Of a stretch of DNA of 64,000 bases, positions 12,767 through 26,585 are shown piece after piece. Position 1 is the stretch's first letter. Each line of letters opens with the position of its first letter. The stretch is taken from positions 12,312,644 to 12,376,643 of the forward strand of contig CM120643.1 of NCBI GenBank assembly GCA_051362555.1. The letters run 5' to 3'. The translations under genes were made by a program, and so were the position numbers. Source of the DNA: Lingula anatina. Its lineage: Eukaryota > Animalia > Brachiopoda. The notes below the pieces were generated by a model. The model did no database searches, was not told where the DNA came from, and worked only from the letters and a program-made list of their open reading frames with translations.

Positions 12767-13377
12767 AACATTTCAAAGCTTTTGGATAGTGGTATTAGAT
12801 GAAGTGTTTACCAGTTGTTGGAAGTTGATGATTGGGACACTGTGCTTTCTATATACTTTGTAAATTTGTATACTTTGTTAAGGAATTGATATTGTTAATT
12901 TTTTAAAACTATATTTAGAGACAAGGGACAGTTTAACCCCTTTGCCATTATCGGGAGTATTTACCATTTTGAAATGATATTTATGTTAACATTTTCGCAT
13001 AATGGTGGCACTTCCTGGAGTGCGATGCGATGTAGTCTACATTAGTATTATTGCAATCTTATGATTTTCTTTTTCAAATAATAGTAATGTTAGGGCTTTC
13101 CTTTTTATTAAATGTTTAAAAAGGCTGTAGATTGACGTGCAATTTAATGATCCATCATTGGGGGGAAAAGAATTGTTTGTTTGATTGAAATGACCAAGTT
13201 ATTCGAGGATATAAACTTGAAATGTTTGATTTTATTATAAAAAGGGTGCTTTCATTGACTCTGGTTCATAATTAAAAAAAAAACATTTTATACTATAACA
13301 TGCAAATAAAACATATTTTGCCATCAATCACTTTTTGGCCTTAATGCACTAATGATTCTGCTGCTCTCTCTTCTCAG

Positions 13378-13468
13378 CAGATAGGAGATTTATACCTGTG
13401 ATAGGAGATTTCAGATAGGAGATTTATACCAGTGATAGGAGATTTCAGATAGGAGATTTATACCTGTG
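13378..13468. repeat. 34-bp minisatellite (~2.6 units) built from GATAGGAGATTT subunits
   Basis: cagataggagatttatacc(t/a)gtgataggagattt repeated. Confidence 0.88.
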
Positions 13469-13547
13469 GTTGGTGTGGAAACCAACACAATATTTTCTGA
13501 AGCAGGCTGCCTACTCCAACAGCCAGTCACAACTACTATCCCTTTAA

Positions 13548-13744
13548 GGCCGCATTTCTCAGATAGCTTCTGGGGGAATGGAGCCGAGATTTAATGACTG
13601 TACCCCCGCAGGGATGACGCGTGGGGAGGCGTGTGAGAGGCGGCGAGACTATTAAAAGATTAGGCGGTTTTTCTTTCATGTATGTCCGCCATATTTAGGT
13701 CTCGGCTTTGTTGAGCCTTGGCTCTTCTCGTTGTGAATGCAGCT
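13548..13744. mobile_element. Possible degenerate Harbinger-like MITE
   Basis: TAA|GGCCGCATTT ... GAATGCAGCT|TAA with internal inverted AGCCGAGA/TCTCGGCT. Confidence 0.35.
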
Positions 13745-14432
13745 TAAAAGACTACTGTATACTAAAGCCAGTTGAGTTATGGCATCAATTCCATACAGAA
13801 ATTCTCACTTCACACAAAAGAAAGGTAGACTGAATATGAAGTGAAAAAACAACCTGTGGCCCTTCTAAAGGGTATGCTCAGTGACCAGTTTGTCCAGTTC
13901 ACGGTGAACACTAGTGTGTATATGAATACTGAATCTAAAATCATCAAATCTTACATCAGTAACAAGGTGGTCTGTGGCAGCCTTTATTAAATTTGTGTCT
14001 GTCATAAAATTATATCGGTGACACAGCCTTTTTACTTAGACCTTGTCACGCAATGCAGCTTCTTTTTGTTTGAATTTGTTTCTGATATTTTAGTATTAAA
14101 TTTTTGAAAAGTTAAAAATATCAAATTTTGGGAAGGACAACTAGGGTAACTGTCATCATATGGTATCTGCTCTCCTCTTCCTGCTACATATTTATTTATT
14201 TATTTATTTTATTTTTGAAAAAATATTTTAGCATAGTGTTTGTTTCAGAATCAGTTAAGAGAGCCTGAAAGGATGCAGAGTGCTTACTTTGTTTAGATAT
14301 ACAATCAGAACTAGGGCTGGAAATGAAGAAAAATTTCAATTTAAAAGAAATTATATATTACTACCTTAAATTATTATTATTATAAAATACCAAGGTTACT
14401 ATAGAACAGTATTGTAGCTCTCCAATGCTTTT

Positions 14433-16521
14433 TATGTACAGACACAGATGTGTCTGTACATATTGCCATCACCTGCGTCTGTCGTCGCCGATGCCGATGC
14501 CGATGGCGATGCCGATGGCGATGCCGATGCCGATGCCGTCGCCGTGCACTTTCCTTGTAAACACGATAAGTGGAAGGCAGTTTTACTTTTTGGCTTTATA
14601 TTTACAGAGCTGATGAATATTCATAAAACGCAGGTCAAGTTCGAAAATCAGCATGATCGGGCCATTATTGTAGAAGTTATGCTGTTTTTTCACTTTTCAG
14701 CATATTTTTCACATTTCCTCAGATTCAATTCGTAGGCATGTTAACAGTCTCATTATTAAACTAATAAGATACGTAAAAGTTTTTGTTTGACATTTCCTGC
14801 ATCTTTACAACATTGTTAGTTGATTTTGTAAAAATGATGGTAAACTTGTTATCGTGTATTGTGTAATAAAGTGTCAAAAATGGAAATAAACTCATATCAT
14901 TGCAGTTTGTCAGATTCAATCATTCACTATGTTCAGAATCTCAGAATGGAAGAAATTGGACATTTAACACTGCTTTATTGATATTTTTCCCATCTCATCA
15001 ATTTTCTTAGTTGATCATATAAAAATGGCAGTAAACTGTTAATTTTGTTTTATGTTAAAAATTGTTAAAAATGGAAAAAAAACATTTCAGAACAGTGCTG
15101 TCTTGTTTACATTTTGGCATTTTCAAGTTGTGACTTTGAAGTTCCATGGGCCTGAAGACCTTTGCTAGTCACATTTTCTGAATATCCATGATACTAATAT
15201 TTTATTATTAAAAATTGATGGTCATTATGCTGTTAAACATTATGTAATATTGCATCAAAATTTGAAAAAAACCTATTTTGGGCACTGCTCCCATGATGAC
15301 CATTTAAGAAAAACCATGTCACTTACTGTTCTCAAACAGTACAGTAAATATATATATAGATGTGTCTGTACATATTGCCATCACCTGCGTCTGTCGTCGC
15401 CGTCATCGGCGTCGCCGGTGCCGTGCACTTTCATTGTAAACACGATAAGTGGAAGGCAGTTTTACTTTTGGGCTTTATATTTACAGAGCTGATGAATATT
15501 CATAAAACGCAGGTCAAGTTCGAAAATCAGCATGACCGGGCCATTATTGTAGAAGTTATGCTTTTTTTTTCACTTTTCAGCATATATGCAACACTGTAAA
15601 CACATTCCAAGGAAAACCGATAGGCCTGTTGTCATGAAACTCACAGGAGTAATCTATCTTACTAAAACGCAGGTCAAGTTCAAAAATCAGCATGATCGGG
15701 CCACTATTTTAGTAGTTATGCTGTTTTTTCATTTTTCAGCATATATGCAACACTGTAAACACAATATAAGAAAAACAGATAGGCCAATTGTCGTTAAACT
15801 CACAGGAGTGGTCAATCTTACTAAAACGCAGGTTGAGTTCGAAAATCAGCATAATCGGGCCATTATTTTAGAAGTTATGCTGTTTTTTCACATTTCCTCA
15901 GATTAAATTCTTAGGCATGTTAACAGTCTTATTGTTTTACTAATAAGATACATAAAAGTGTTTGTTTGACATTTCCTGCATCTTTACAACATTGTAAGTT
16001 AATTATGTAAAAATGATGGTAAACTTGTTATCGTGTATTGTGTAATAAAGTGTCAAAAATGGAAATAAACTCATATCATTGCAGTTTGTCAGATTCAATC
16101 ATTAACTATGTTCAGAATCTCAGAATGGAGGAAATTGGACATTTAACACTATTCTATTGATATTTTTCCCATCTCATCAATTTTCTTAGTTGATCATATA
16201 AAAATTGCAGTAAACTGTTTATTTTGTTTTATGTTAAAAAATTGTTAAAAATGAAAAAAAAAAAAAATTTCAGAACAGTGCTGTCTTTGTTTACATTTTG
16301 GCATTTTCAAGTTGTGACTTTGAAGTTCCATGGGCCTGAAGACCTTTGCTAGTCACATTTTCTGAATACCCATGATACTAATATTTTATTATTAAAATTG
16401 ATGGTCATTATGCTGTTAAACATTATGTAATATTGCATCAAAATTAAAAAAAAAAACTGTTTTGGGCACTGCTCCCATGATGACCATTTAAGAAAAACCA
16501 TGTCACTTACTGTTCTCAAAC
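14433..16521 (+). mobile_element. Tandemly duplicated Helentron/HINE(DINE-1)-like non-autonomous element with internal ~160-bp repeats
   Basis: After a T-run, perfect 13-bp hairpin TATGTACAGACAC-AGAT-GTGTCTGTACATA (14433-14462), then (GCCGAT)n, then core repeat. Copy 1 ~14433-15338; copy 2 ~15358-16521 with core-repeat motifs at 15503, 15663 and 15822. The duplication is seen directly; the family assignment is inferred from architecture. Confidence 0.65.
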
Positions 16522-17731
16522 TTACAGGAAAGAAACATGGGACTAAAATACAGCTTCAGTAGGCAATGCAGTCTGTTTGGTAATTCTTACTGCCAGTTAA
16601 ACGGTTTCACATATTGGCATTTTCAAAGTGTGACTTTGAAGTTCCACGGTCTTGTTTATTATTGCATCAAAATTGGCAAAATGACCTCTTTTGCATCCTT
16701 TTTTCTGTTATTTTGTCTGTACATTTGACAGCTTTGCTGCCTTGTTATTATTATTTACCAAGCAGCTTCTGTTGTGTAGCTACCAAAAATATCAGTATTT
16801 CATTAATAATTTCATCGGGTCGGAAATAACCTCAAAATGTCGCAAAACATGTCGGTATGATTAGGGTTAATGAACCCCTATTCTTTTTCTGGTGGCAAAG
16901 TGACTAATGAAGTGGATGGTATATTTAGACAGAAAAAGGCGGTAATGCCAGGACAATAATATCATGCTAAGTAAAGGGCAAATCGGGCTGTTTTCATTGG
17001 TAAGAACGGATATTCAGCGAAATTGTGCTTTCCATTAATTACATAGTTGTCGCTTGTTTGCACCTAAGATTAACAAAAGACCATTAATTGCATTCCAAGA
17101 AGATATTTTTAAAGACGTTAACCATAAAAATCATTGCCCCCCCCCCATTCTTCCCTGAACCAATACTATACTATCCGCGTTTGAAAATGTTCCTAAGTCC
17201 ATATATTACGATGTTACTTTTTTCCAAATTAAGACATTAAACACGTTTAAAAACCTAAAAAGTACCTGATATTGACATTTTCTTCTAAAATATGTAAAAG
17301 ACATGATGGCCTAAATCACTGGTCAGTCATATGGTGCTTAATTAAAAATGTTATTAAAAAATCCAAGTGCAGGGACATTTTTCTAGATCTGTGTAGTTGT
17401 GTAACATTATTTTTCCCTTGCCTCGCCCTGCCTCATTTTTAACTCAGAGTTGACCTCTGTATCATGCCGTCAATTTTCCAAAGATACTTTACACAGAGAT
17501 GAAAAAATCTGGTAGTGATTCTGGGTATTCTTTTCTTAGAACTACCATTTACAACATTTTACAAATTCTTAAATGAAATTTTACACGCGTGAAGACCTTA
17601 CCGTGTATCTTCTAATCTTGATATTTTTACATCATTTGCCGCTTTTTGAAATCTACTTTTTTCATCTGAGATCAGTGTGATTGGCTCTTGAATTATTTCC
17701 AAAACACTTATGATTTGTGATTGTGATTAAA

Positions 17732-18085
17732 CGGGGTACGCCTTATATTCCGAGGGTTAATTGTTCAGAGGATCCGATATTCCGAAGATTGTAGGAGCCA
17801 AGTTCTAAATTCAACCGCTGTTCCGAGAGTTAGATATTCCGAAGGTTAGAGGGCCCAATATTCCGAATGATTTTTAGTCTGAGGGCCCGCTGTTCTGAAA
17901 ATAGGATAACTGCTCTTAAACGCAGTGTTATTACTTGCATGTGCAGAGAGGCGCTTTTAGCTGCTATTTCCCAAATATAGAGCAAATTCTTGATAGCAGT
18001 ATATGCAGCGCATGTTTAATTCTTTGGCTTCGGAATAGCTGTCCTTCGGAGCAAAAGTCCCTCGGAACAAAAGACCGTTGGAATA
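17732..18085. mobile_element. Relic fold-back element with inverted arrays of TTCCGA/TCGGAA subrepeats
   Basis: Repeated (TA)TTCCGA at ~17746-17900 and repeated TCGGA(A) at ~18030-18085. Confidence 0.5.
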
Positions 18086-18810
18086 TATATATATATATAT
18101 ATATATATACACTCAATTAAAAGACTGCTGTAAACGAAAATAGACACAGTATTTGGAGAAAAAACGGCAAGTGCGGCGAGACATTTAAGTACCGAAGTTG
18201 GAAATACAAAACACGAACTATATCTAACCTCACAGGAGGAATTGCATTCTCTGCACATCTAAAAGCTGTGATTATGATTTCAACAAAAATAACTTATTTC
18301 ATGAGTAAAAGGGGGAAAAATCCTGATCTGGTATCTGGACCGTTGGCTTTGATTTTAAGGACTGGGGGCGGGCACTTTTTAAAAACAATTTTCCAACCAA
18401 TTTGTTTGAATGGATACCGCTCCCCCCAACCCCACTTAAAACTGTCTTCCTGTGCGCTTGTGGCACTCGGCTGCCAAGTTTTACCTACCACGCCGTTGAG
18501 TTTGTTTTGTTTCCTCGTTTCTTGGAATCCACACGAATAAATGTGTAATTTCAACGTCTCTACTATCTTGACTAATTCAACGATTGTTCAAGAGGATGGT
18601 CTTATTTAAACCCCCTACAAAAAATTAATACAAAGATATCTTTACCAAACTTTTATTGCTCACTCTGTTTAAAACAAGAAGCCACAGTTAAGAAATATTA
18701 GAATTTGTGATTTTATTTTTCGACTTTTTGTGTCATGTTGTCGATTAATATTTCTTATAGAATAATGACACGCGTGGTTTATTTGGTTCTGATTAGTGAA
18801 GCAATTTTGC

Positions 18811-18841
<31 letters not shown>

Positions 18842-19081
18842 TTTTCATCTTAAAACCAAATACTCTTTAAATTTTTACTTTCTATGACAGTGAAAGCAGT
18901 TTGTAACTCAACTCTAGACTTGTATACCAAAGCGTAAAGTGGCACCTTTCACCTGTAATAAGCCCTCTTCTTTGGTTATTAATCATGTGAATATGGAGCG
19001 TTATCAAAAATTAGGGTACTTGAAAAGTTTGTTAATTGATTGCATCCGTAAGCACTTCAACGTCAAAATCAACGTAGACAC

Positions 19082-19162
19082 ATATATAGAAAATGTGTCG
19101 AGATAGATATATGGAAAATGTGTCGAGATAGATATATGGAAAAGTCGAGAAAGATATTTGGA
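19082..19162. repeat. Short tandem repeat, ~23-25 bp x ~3
   Basis: atatatggaaaatgtgtcgagatag units. Confidence 0.85.
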
Positions 19163-19213
19163 AAAAATAAGTTTCTAGACCCGCCCAAAGCCGTTCAGCG
19201 GGTCTCTAGAAAC

Positions 19214-19310
19214 TGAGCACTCATTTCCAATGAAATTGCCGTTCTACGTTGATCGAGCCAACACCGAAGGGACTCTTGCAATCAGATTGACAGATTAACA
19301 TGGTCTTCTC
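19214..19310 (+). mobile_element. Truncated, diverged copy of the 9767-9979 MITE family
   Basis: ctcatttccaatgaaattgccgttcta...gggactcttgc...acagattaacatg aligns with ~9770-9860. Confidence 0.6.
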
Positions 19311-21627
19311 TTGTGTACAACGTGCTCGTATAATCACCGTCTTTTTTTATTATTATTTAACCCAACGCCAGGAGGAGGTATGGTAATCTGTTAATCTCAT
19401 ACAGGTTAGGATAAGCATGACGTAAATGGGTCAAAATTAAGGTCAGGATTTACTTGCACAAATCAATGGGACCCGAACTATCTACCACGGGGGACGCTCT
19501 CAGGTACATGACATAGGGTATATTTGGAAGTATTAATTCTAGTTAGAATTGTAGCTCTGTACTAAAATATAATAAGTGACGACCCTGAACATTGGAAATC
19601 TATTTTTTTTTTTTTGTGGAACAAGCACAATATCTTCATTCAAGTCTCATACTATTGAAATGTTTTGGGTCCAATAGGCCTATTGTTTGGTTCTACAGAA
19701 AAGACGATTTTTCGATCTAAATCTTTTTTGAAACATGCTACTGGTGCAAAACAAGGATAGTTTTGAATGTGCTACTATCTTTATTTCATTTCCCCTCCTA
19801 TTCTTTTCTCCACTACAATCTGTCCTTTTATATTAAATGTTGAGAAGTGCATATTGCACCCTCCACCAGGGCCAGAGAGAGAGAGGAAAAATTTCACAAG
19901 ATATTTTCATTTGTTTCTCTAGTTATTTACTAGACGTGTACATTTCTGTATAGTAAGGTTTGGTAAGGATACATGCACAGCAACGTCGTCACCTGCCTGT
20001 GTTCAGAAGCTGAAGGCCTGTGTAACGGGGAGTCCGCTAACTATTAGATTCATACAGGTGAGGGTTAGCATGACGTAATTGGCTCTAAATCTAGGACGAG
20101 ACTTACCTGTAGAAATCGATGTGAACCAGACCCTGCGTCACGGGCCACTCTCTGGTCGGTGTCGCCTGGCTTTGACAGAGAGTAGGCGTATTTCAGGTAA
20201 TGCAGAATGCTAAACTGTACTCTGAAAATCGGTAAACGATGACGCATAGCGAATGCCGAGTAGAAAAGAAACACATTCAGCGCTCTATAGATTCTTTGCG
20301 AATGAAAAAAATTACCTCTTCATCTCAAAAGGTGCTTTTACATAATTTAAATGCATCTGAAACCAATAATAATAATAAAAAACAAAGAGAAATAATTAAG
20401 GATATTAATTTTTATTTGTATTCATTCACTTTGATTTGCTTTGATTTTAGTTGTATTTTTGTATCTATCTATCTGTCCATATATTTGGGGATTGATTTAT
20501 ACATTTGATAATTTATTATTATTTTTTTCATTTATTTATTAATATATTTTTGTCGGGATAAAGCCGGTTAAGATGGTTGATATTTTATACCTAAGCAGGG
20601 TTGGTAGAAATGCGGGGGGGCGCACATGGAGACTTTAATATAGTGAGTAAATTTCATCCTAAAAAAGAATTTCCAGTCGCTTGATTAAAATACGGAAACT
20701 GTGCACTGAACATAGGATCGTCAAAGCAATTTTGATGGGGCATTTCCGGTCAATATTTTGCCCATCACACTGTCAATTGTTTTAACATTTGTCCTAAAAG
20801 AGAAATTCTGACCAACTTACGTCCGTAGAGGAGAATAAGATGGCTCTCCTAACGCGCAAAGTGAAACGTGAGAAACAATCGTCGATAAAATCCGAATCTC
20901 ATAGTCCACACCAATCAATGTGCGGGAATTACTCGCGTGCAAAGATCAAATAGAAAAACGAATGAAAACAATGAAGTTTCAATTTCGTTGTCCATTAAGT
21001 TGAGACGAGAGGCTTTGATGTTCAATACGACTCTTAATGCACGGGGATAAATTCACAATTATTCAGCTCGGAAGTAGCTAGATTAGACTAAATTTACACT
21101 GACTTTTCGTGCTCTTAGAGATCGATAATGGTAGTTTATGAAGTCTTTATTTTCCCTGCGACAACTGGCTCTTCAGGAGCACGCATCCTCATAGCTGACA
21201 TGTCAATTACTGTGTAGATAATGACTGAAAATTACAAGAAATCGTTTTCTAGTCCGCCGTGAGAACGCTTCCTCCGATTCGAAAAGCAATTTTGTCGGTT
21301 TCCTGTCGCAGATTCCCGAATCTGTAGTAGTAGTGAGCGAGCACAGAGAGCTAGAAGACAGATTACTACATTTTCCGATTTTCTGAGACATATTTCCCGC
21401 TTGCTCCGGTGGTAAAAGCGGAATGACTCAGGAAAGAACGGACGTGGTTAGTTTATGAAAGGAAATAAAGTTGAAAATACTGTTATGTTTGTAGTTGTTC
21501 AACAGCCAATTAGACAGATAAGTTAGATCCTATTTGTTACATATCTAATATGATAAGGATGGAATGCATGTTTTTCAGTGTTTTTTTTTCTTTTACGGTT
21601 CTCTCTATCTCTTTCTCTCTCCCCATC

Positions 21628-21658
<31 letters not shown>

Positions 21659-24600
21659 AGCTCTCTCTATCGGGTATTCAGGTGTTTCCTGAACCTAACT
21701 TACTTTTGCGTTCATTCCTTGAGACGATCTATCATAATGCAAAGAGACGTCACTTTTTAATATAGTATCTTTTATTACTCGCTCGGGGAAAATTGATGGC
21801 TATATCTTCCCAGATCAATTGTGATCGTTCCTAAATAGTATAATAACACGTTGGCTGAGTTGACAAGGCGATGGCTCACGCAAGAGACAAGTTACTAAAT
21901 CACTTATTGATTCTCTGGGGGAAACTTAAGTGCTTTGTGCAGTATTTTAAGATCAATTCTTTACGTTTTCTCCCTATTTTATGACGGTTTGATGAGATTC
22001 CTTGTTTTTATTTACACTTGCTTCGTCGCACCCTCTGCGGGTCTTAGCACAGTCACATTGGGAACAATGGTGTTTAAAACGTGCGTGCACTTACGCGCAC
22101 GTTCTCATCAAATACCCCCTCATCAAACATGCAAGGTTACACACACGCTCACACACGAACACACACACACATACACACACACATTTTTGTGTGAATCAGA
22201 GTGAGCAGCAGAAGATAATAGCATGCAAAAACCTTAAAATGTGACCACTGCACACAAAATTTCATTTACACATACCTCTGAGCTCACTTACACACTCTCA
22301 CATTCTCTAACGCACGTTCTTGACTTCATCTGCTTATTCGACTTTTATCTGTCTTGAATAACGGGATTTTGTATCTTATTGCCATTGTCATTATTGTTAA
22401 GTGTCAATAAATGTACTAGCTGTTGCACTCTTTTTTTGCTGTTGTTGTACCTTTCACAAAGGGTGTTACATAAAGGTATAACTGGTCACTATTGTCAGCC
22501 TTCCACTATGTTGTTTGTGCCGGTAAAATGACTACTGCTATTGTCATTGTTGTCATTGCATCACAGTTGCTGTAACTTCAACAATCCTGCAAGCACTGTT
22601 CTTGTCCATCACGTTTACAAGTCTGTTTCAGTTTTTTCATATTCTCGTGTCCCCGATTATGATTATTTGGTCAGAATTTCCAGATATGTAAAATTCACCT
22701 ATTATGACATATATCTGAAGATTCTTATAGTTTAAACGTACACAATGGTGCTATTGTTTTTTATCTATTTTTTTTTTTTTTTTTTTGTGAAATTTGGAAA
22801 TATTTCTTATTTTGTGACGATCGATACCTTGAATCACACTACTGAGAGGCGTTTGCTATGTAAGAAAAAAATGAATTAAAAAAAAAATTGTTCTCAATCC
22901 CTATATTCTGGCTTCCCAGGTATGATATCGATCGAGCAGTCAATTTGTCATTACCCAGATTTCAGAGAATCTCGCCACTGATCGACAAAGTTACTTAAAC
23001 CGATTTAATAAGACATGACCTGAACTTTAGAAGCAATAAAAGGCCCAGATCCGTGCTTTGACGAAGATGAATCAGATACTATAATGTTCCAATATCTGAC
23101 ATGAAATTGCCGTCTCTGTTTTCGTGTTTTCTTGCCAATATTTCACGCTATTTTGTTTCATTGGTATTCTCATCGTCATTTTCTATGACACGCCGGAAGT
23201 CATGGGGTTCGAACGCCGGTTGGCCATTAAGTCAGAAGAGCGGGAAATGAGCCTAATACATGAGACTGTGAGTCGAAAATCGAAACAACGCTTTTTATTT
23301 CTGAAATGATCGTGGTTGCCAAGGCAACCACTTCCGAAACCGTCATGGCTGGTGAGCTTTATTTGGAATAATGGATAGCTAGGTAAATAACAAACGCATT
23401 AAAGCACTCGGGGTAACGTAACACGAGCTTCTCCATCACGTCCTTCCTGAGTTCCTTCCAGTTTGAATGCCGTCTGCTTTCAAAGGGAGTGTCGTCTGCG
23501 CTTTGTGATTTGCGTTCTTTTCAATGCAACATCGAGAAAATCAATTAGTTACTAGAAGAGGAGGAAAATATTTTGTCGTCGGATAACCGTGTTGTTCGTT
23601 CGGAATTCCTTGAAAGATCCGTAATATGAAAAACGGCTCAAAACTAGTTAATAAATTTCCCCCAGACGCGGCATCAGAACTTAATGCTCTGTAAAGATTT
23701 CAGGAAATTCCAACAGGCGTAGAGAGGAAGATGGTTTTGTCGTTTTCACCGCTATCGGGAAAGTGCCATTTTCCTCACTGGTTTCCTAGGAGGAAAGGGA
23801 GAAAATGAATTGTTTCTTTATGGCTACCTTGTATCTTCCTTTCTCGACATATTTTAGACTAATTTAGTATAAGGAAATTGATAAATGTTAGTCAGTTTGT
23901 TAAGGCAGTTAATTGTATTAAAAAAATTAAAGAGCATTTTTTTATGAAAACAAAATAGCACCACAAACCAATCTTTATTCGCGAATCACATAAAGAACAA
24001 AAATCTTGCATTTGGCAGACAGACGAACAAAAGTATGGTTAAACTAAATACGGTGTAAGGTAAGTATCATTAACAGACCGACAAGTTAAATGACAAACAT
24101 ATTGACTACATTTTGATTGATGGTGATACTACTGTATTCTTATAGACTATTATGGTTTAGAAAATGTTGAATTGCAATGTAAAGGACTATCAAACTTAAA
24201 CTAAGAATAAGGAGGAAATTTCGGCGGGTGAACAGCCTTGTTTAGCTAGAAATAAAACATTACTCTTAATGCAAAAGATTTTAGCAGAAACATCGAAAAA
24301 GAGGGAAAGCATTTTTCAAAGTGACCACACATCAGTCAATATAGTGTATGATTCAATCTAAACGCCATTTTATTTTGCTCAGAGTTTTTTTTTCTATCTT
24401 TATTATAAATGCCTCGATCATCTGCGCTGTTCAAATTTCGACAAGAACGTGAAATTTGCTCGTTTACAAATTTCCCTGTCGACAGTCTGAATGCTAATTT
24501 TTGATAATTTAAACGCTATTTAAGTGATCTTGTCATTACAAATACCCCTCAGTAAATTGTAATATTAATGTGAGTTCTTTTCCAGAGTCATATTCGGGAA

Positions 24601-24785
24601 ATTTTCCAATTCTTTGATTTCTTCATGCCATTTCTACATAGACTGAAGAAGATTAGTCGCGGCTCCTCCATATTTTTAGTTTCAACTCAAAATAATGGCT
24701 AATAATTTGAAAATGAATATCTTTACTGGGATAGTTAAGATGCATATAGAAATTCATATATTATGGTATGGGTTCTAGTTTGTAT

Positions 24786-24900
24786 CAGGGGCGGATCCAG
24801 AATTATTTGAAGGGGGATCCTGAACGACAGGCCTCAGATGCGTGGCCGACCATTGCCCCCTTGGGGTGGAGTTTGGAGTCAGGACCCCCCTGACCCCCCT
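24786..24900 (+). mobile_element. Partial CAGGGGCGGATCCAG-type MITE
   Basis: Same 5' TIR as 26586; right end degenerate. Confidence 0.55.
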
Positions 24901-25637
24901 CTACTGTAGTGTAAGGCGACTTTTCTGCCAACCAAATAATTAAAGGTCCACTGGTCATAACGTCATCTGGCCAGTGCAAGCACTCACAGTAGAATTAATA
25001 CACATGCAGTATACGGGCCCTTGTGCCACAAAGTGAACAGAAAGATTTGAATTATATTTGAATACTACCATCTTTCTGCTTGTGCATTGAAGGATTTGTC
25101 TGAACAAAATTAAATGGTAATAAACCGGCGTGACAGGAATGACCAGTCCACTTGGAACCGTAGCCCGTTACTTTGTCGAGGGCGCATTCCCTTTATATTC
25201 TGATACAGACATTTGGGCTAACATTAACCTGTGTTGATAATATGGGGCATTGTATTTGATTCCTAGATCTGCCATCCCCGCCATACCAGTCTTTTCTCAT
25301 GTTCATATACTTGAGGCGGAGCTGCAGGGGAAGAATCACTGGAATCCATAGCTGTAAATTTTCGTATCTGGTCCCAAAGAGCTGCTCAAGGTGTGTAAGC
25401 CGCTTTAAGTCGTCGGCCCGAAATGTCCAAATTTTATCTCCATGGTCGGTCCTGGACTCCAATATGTGTTTCTAGGAATTTTTGGCGTTGATGAACAGCG
25501 CATTTAGGTGAATTTTTCATATGGTGCTTGTTTACGAGGAAAGGCGATGAACAATGTACATAATATCTTTTGTGCAATTTTCAGGAATTGTCATTTGGTG
25601 CAATATTATTGGGGTATTTCACTGCATTAATTAGGCC

Positions 25638-25815
25638 TGTAATTATCAGTTTTCTGATAACAAGCAAAATTATCAAAATCAGCTGAAAATGTGATGAAAA
25701 AAAAATCAAGAAAATTTCATTTCAATTATCTCCCTGAAGTGTAAAAATCAGTTATTATACAAAATTAACATGATAGATGATAATTTTGTTTGTTATCAGA
25801 AAACCGATAATTACA
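25638..25815. mobile_element. MITE-like element with ~38-bp inverted arms
   Basis: TGTAATTATCAGTTTTCTGATAACAAGCAAAATTATCA ... TGATAATTTTGTTTGTTATCAGAAAACCGATAATTACA. Confidence 0.7.
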
Positions 25816-26585
25816 ATTAAAACCGATAATTAACCCCCTCCTCAATTAACACAAAGAATCTGTACGTCAAACAATTTTCGAGGCATCAACGCTCGACCCG
25901 TCCCTCTTAAATAAAATACTTGATTGCATTTTACAAAGGCAAATCACAGACATGCAATAAACCTGCTCATTTCTTCTGGTAACATCTCACTCTAAGAGCG
26001 CACCAATACCACGCCGGGCTGTCCGTGTAAACGGAGCATTCGTCCCAGGCGGGCGTCAACAACCTTGGCCACGCGCAGACGACGTTAAGTAATGGCCAAG
26101 TAGCCTTTGGACATCGATCAATCGCTATAACAAGACCCTTTTGCAACTTGTCGTCTGCCAAAGCCGTCGGTCAAGTGGCTGAGAACTAAGAGGGCTTAGT
26201 CTGCAATCTGGTGAAACATTGGAACGTTGCTGTTTGAACTAAGTAACTACAATGGAGAACTGCAAGCAGGCCAATCTCTCAGTACTGAGTGGTAGTCCAA
26301 AGCAAATGGTTTTCAAATTCCAATGTTAAAACTGTAGCTCTTTACAATAAAAAGATGTCTATTCCACAAGATACAGGCAGGCTTTAGAGTAGGCCCTAAG
26401 CGTGTTTCCACTCTATACTTACAAATGGGTATCAATAGAAATCATATCAAATTATAATTATTGATGCATCGCTTGACAGCCATAGACGAGAGGGTATCCA
26501 TTTCAAACATATGTTAAGATGATAATATGACTAAAGGAGAGAGAGAGAGAGAGAGGATGGAAAGGGAAGAAAATTTTACCTTCCG

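Noticed and set aside
14425-15906. Repeated ORFs (ADADAD..., KTQVKFENQHDRA)
   Set aside because: They lie inside the duplicated non-autonomous element; no transposase or helicase motifs and frames are not maintained between copies.
21423-21452. Possible alternative first exon ATG ACT CAG GAA AGA ACG GAC GTG|gttagt
   Set aside because: The phase-0 donor does not fit the phase-1 ERG-like exons and there is no homology support.
23200-23230. GGTTCGAA B-box-like motif (tRNA/SINE)
   Set aside because: No A-box or cloverleaf could be built.
25193-25462. 89-aa minus-strand ORF
   Set aside because: No recognisable domain or splice context; could be a decayed TE fragment, but I cannot support that.
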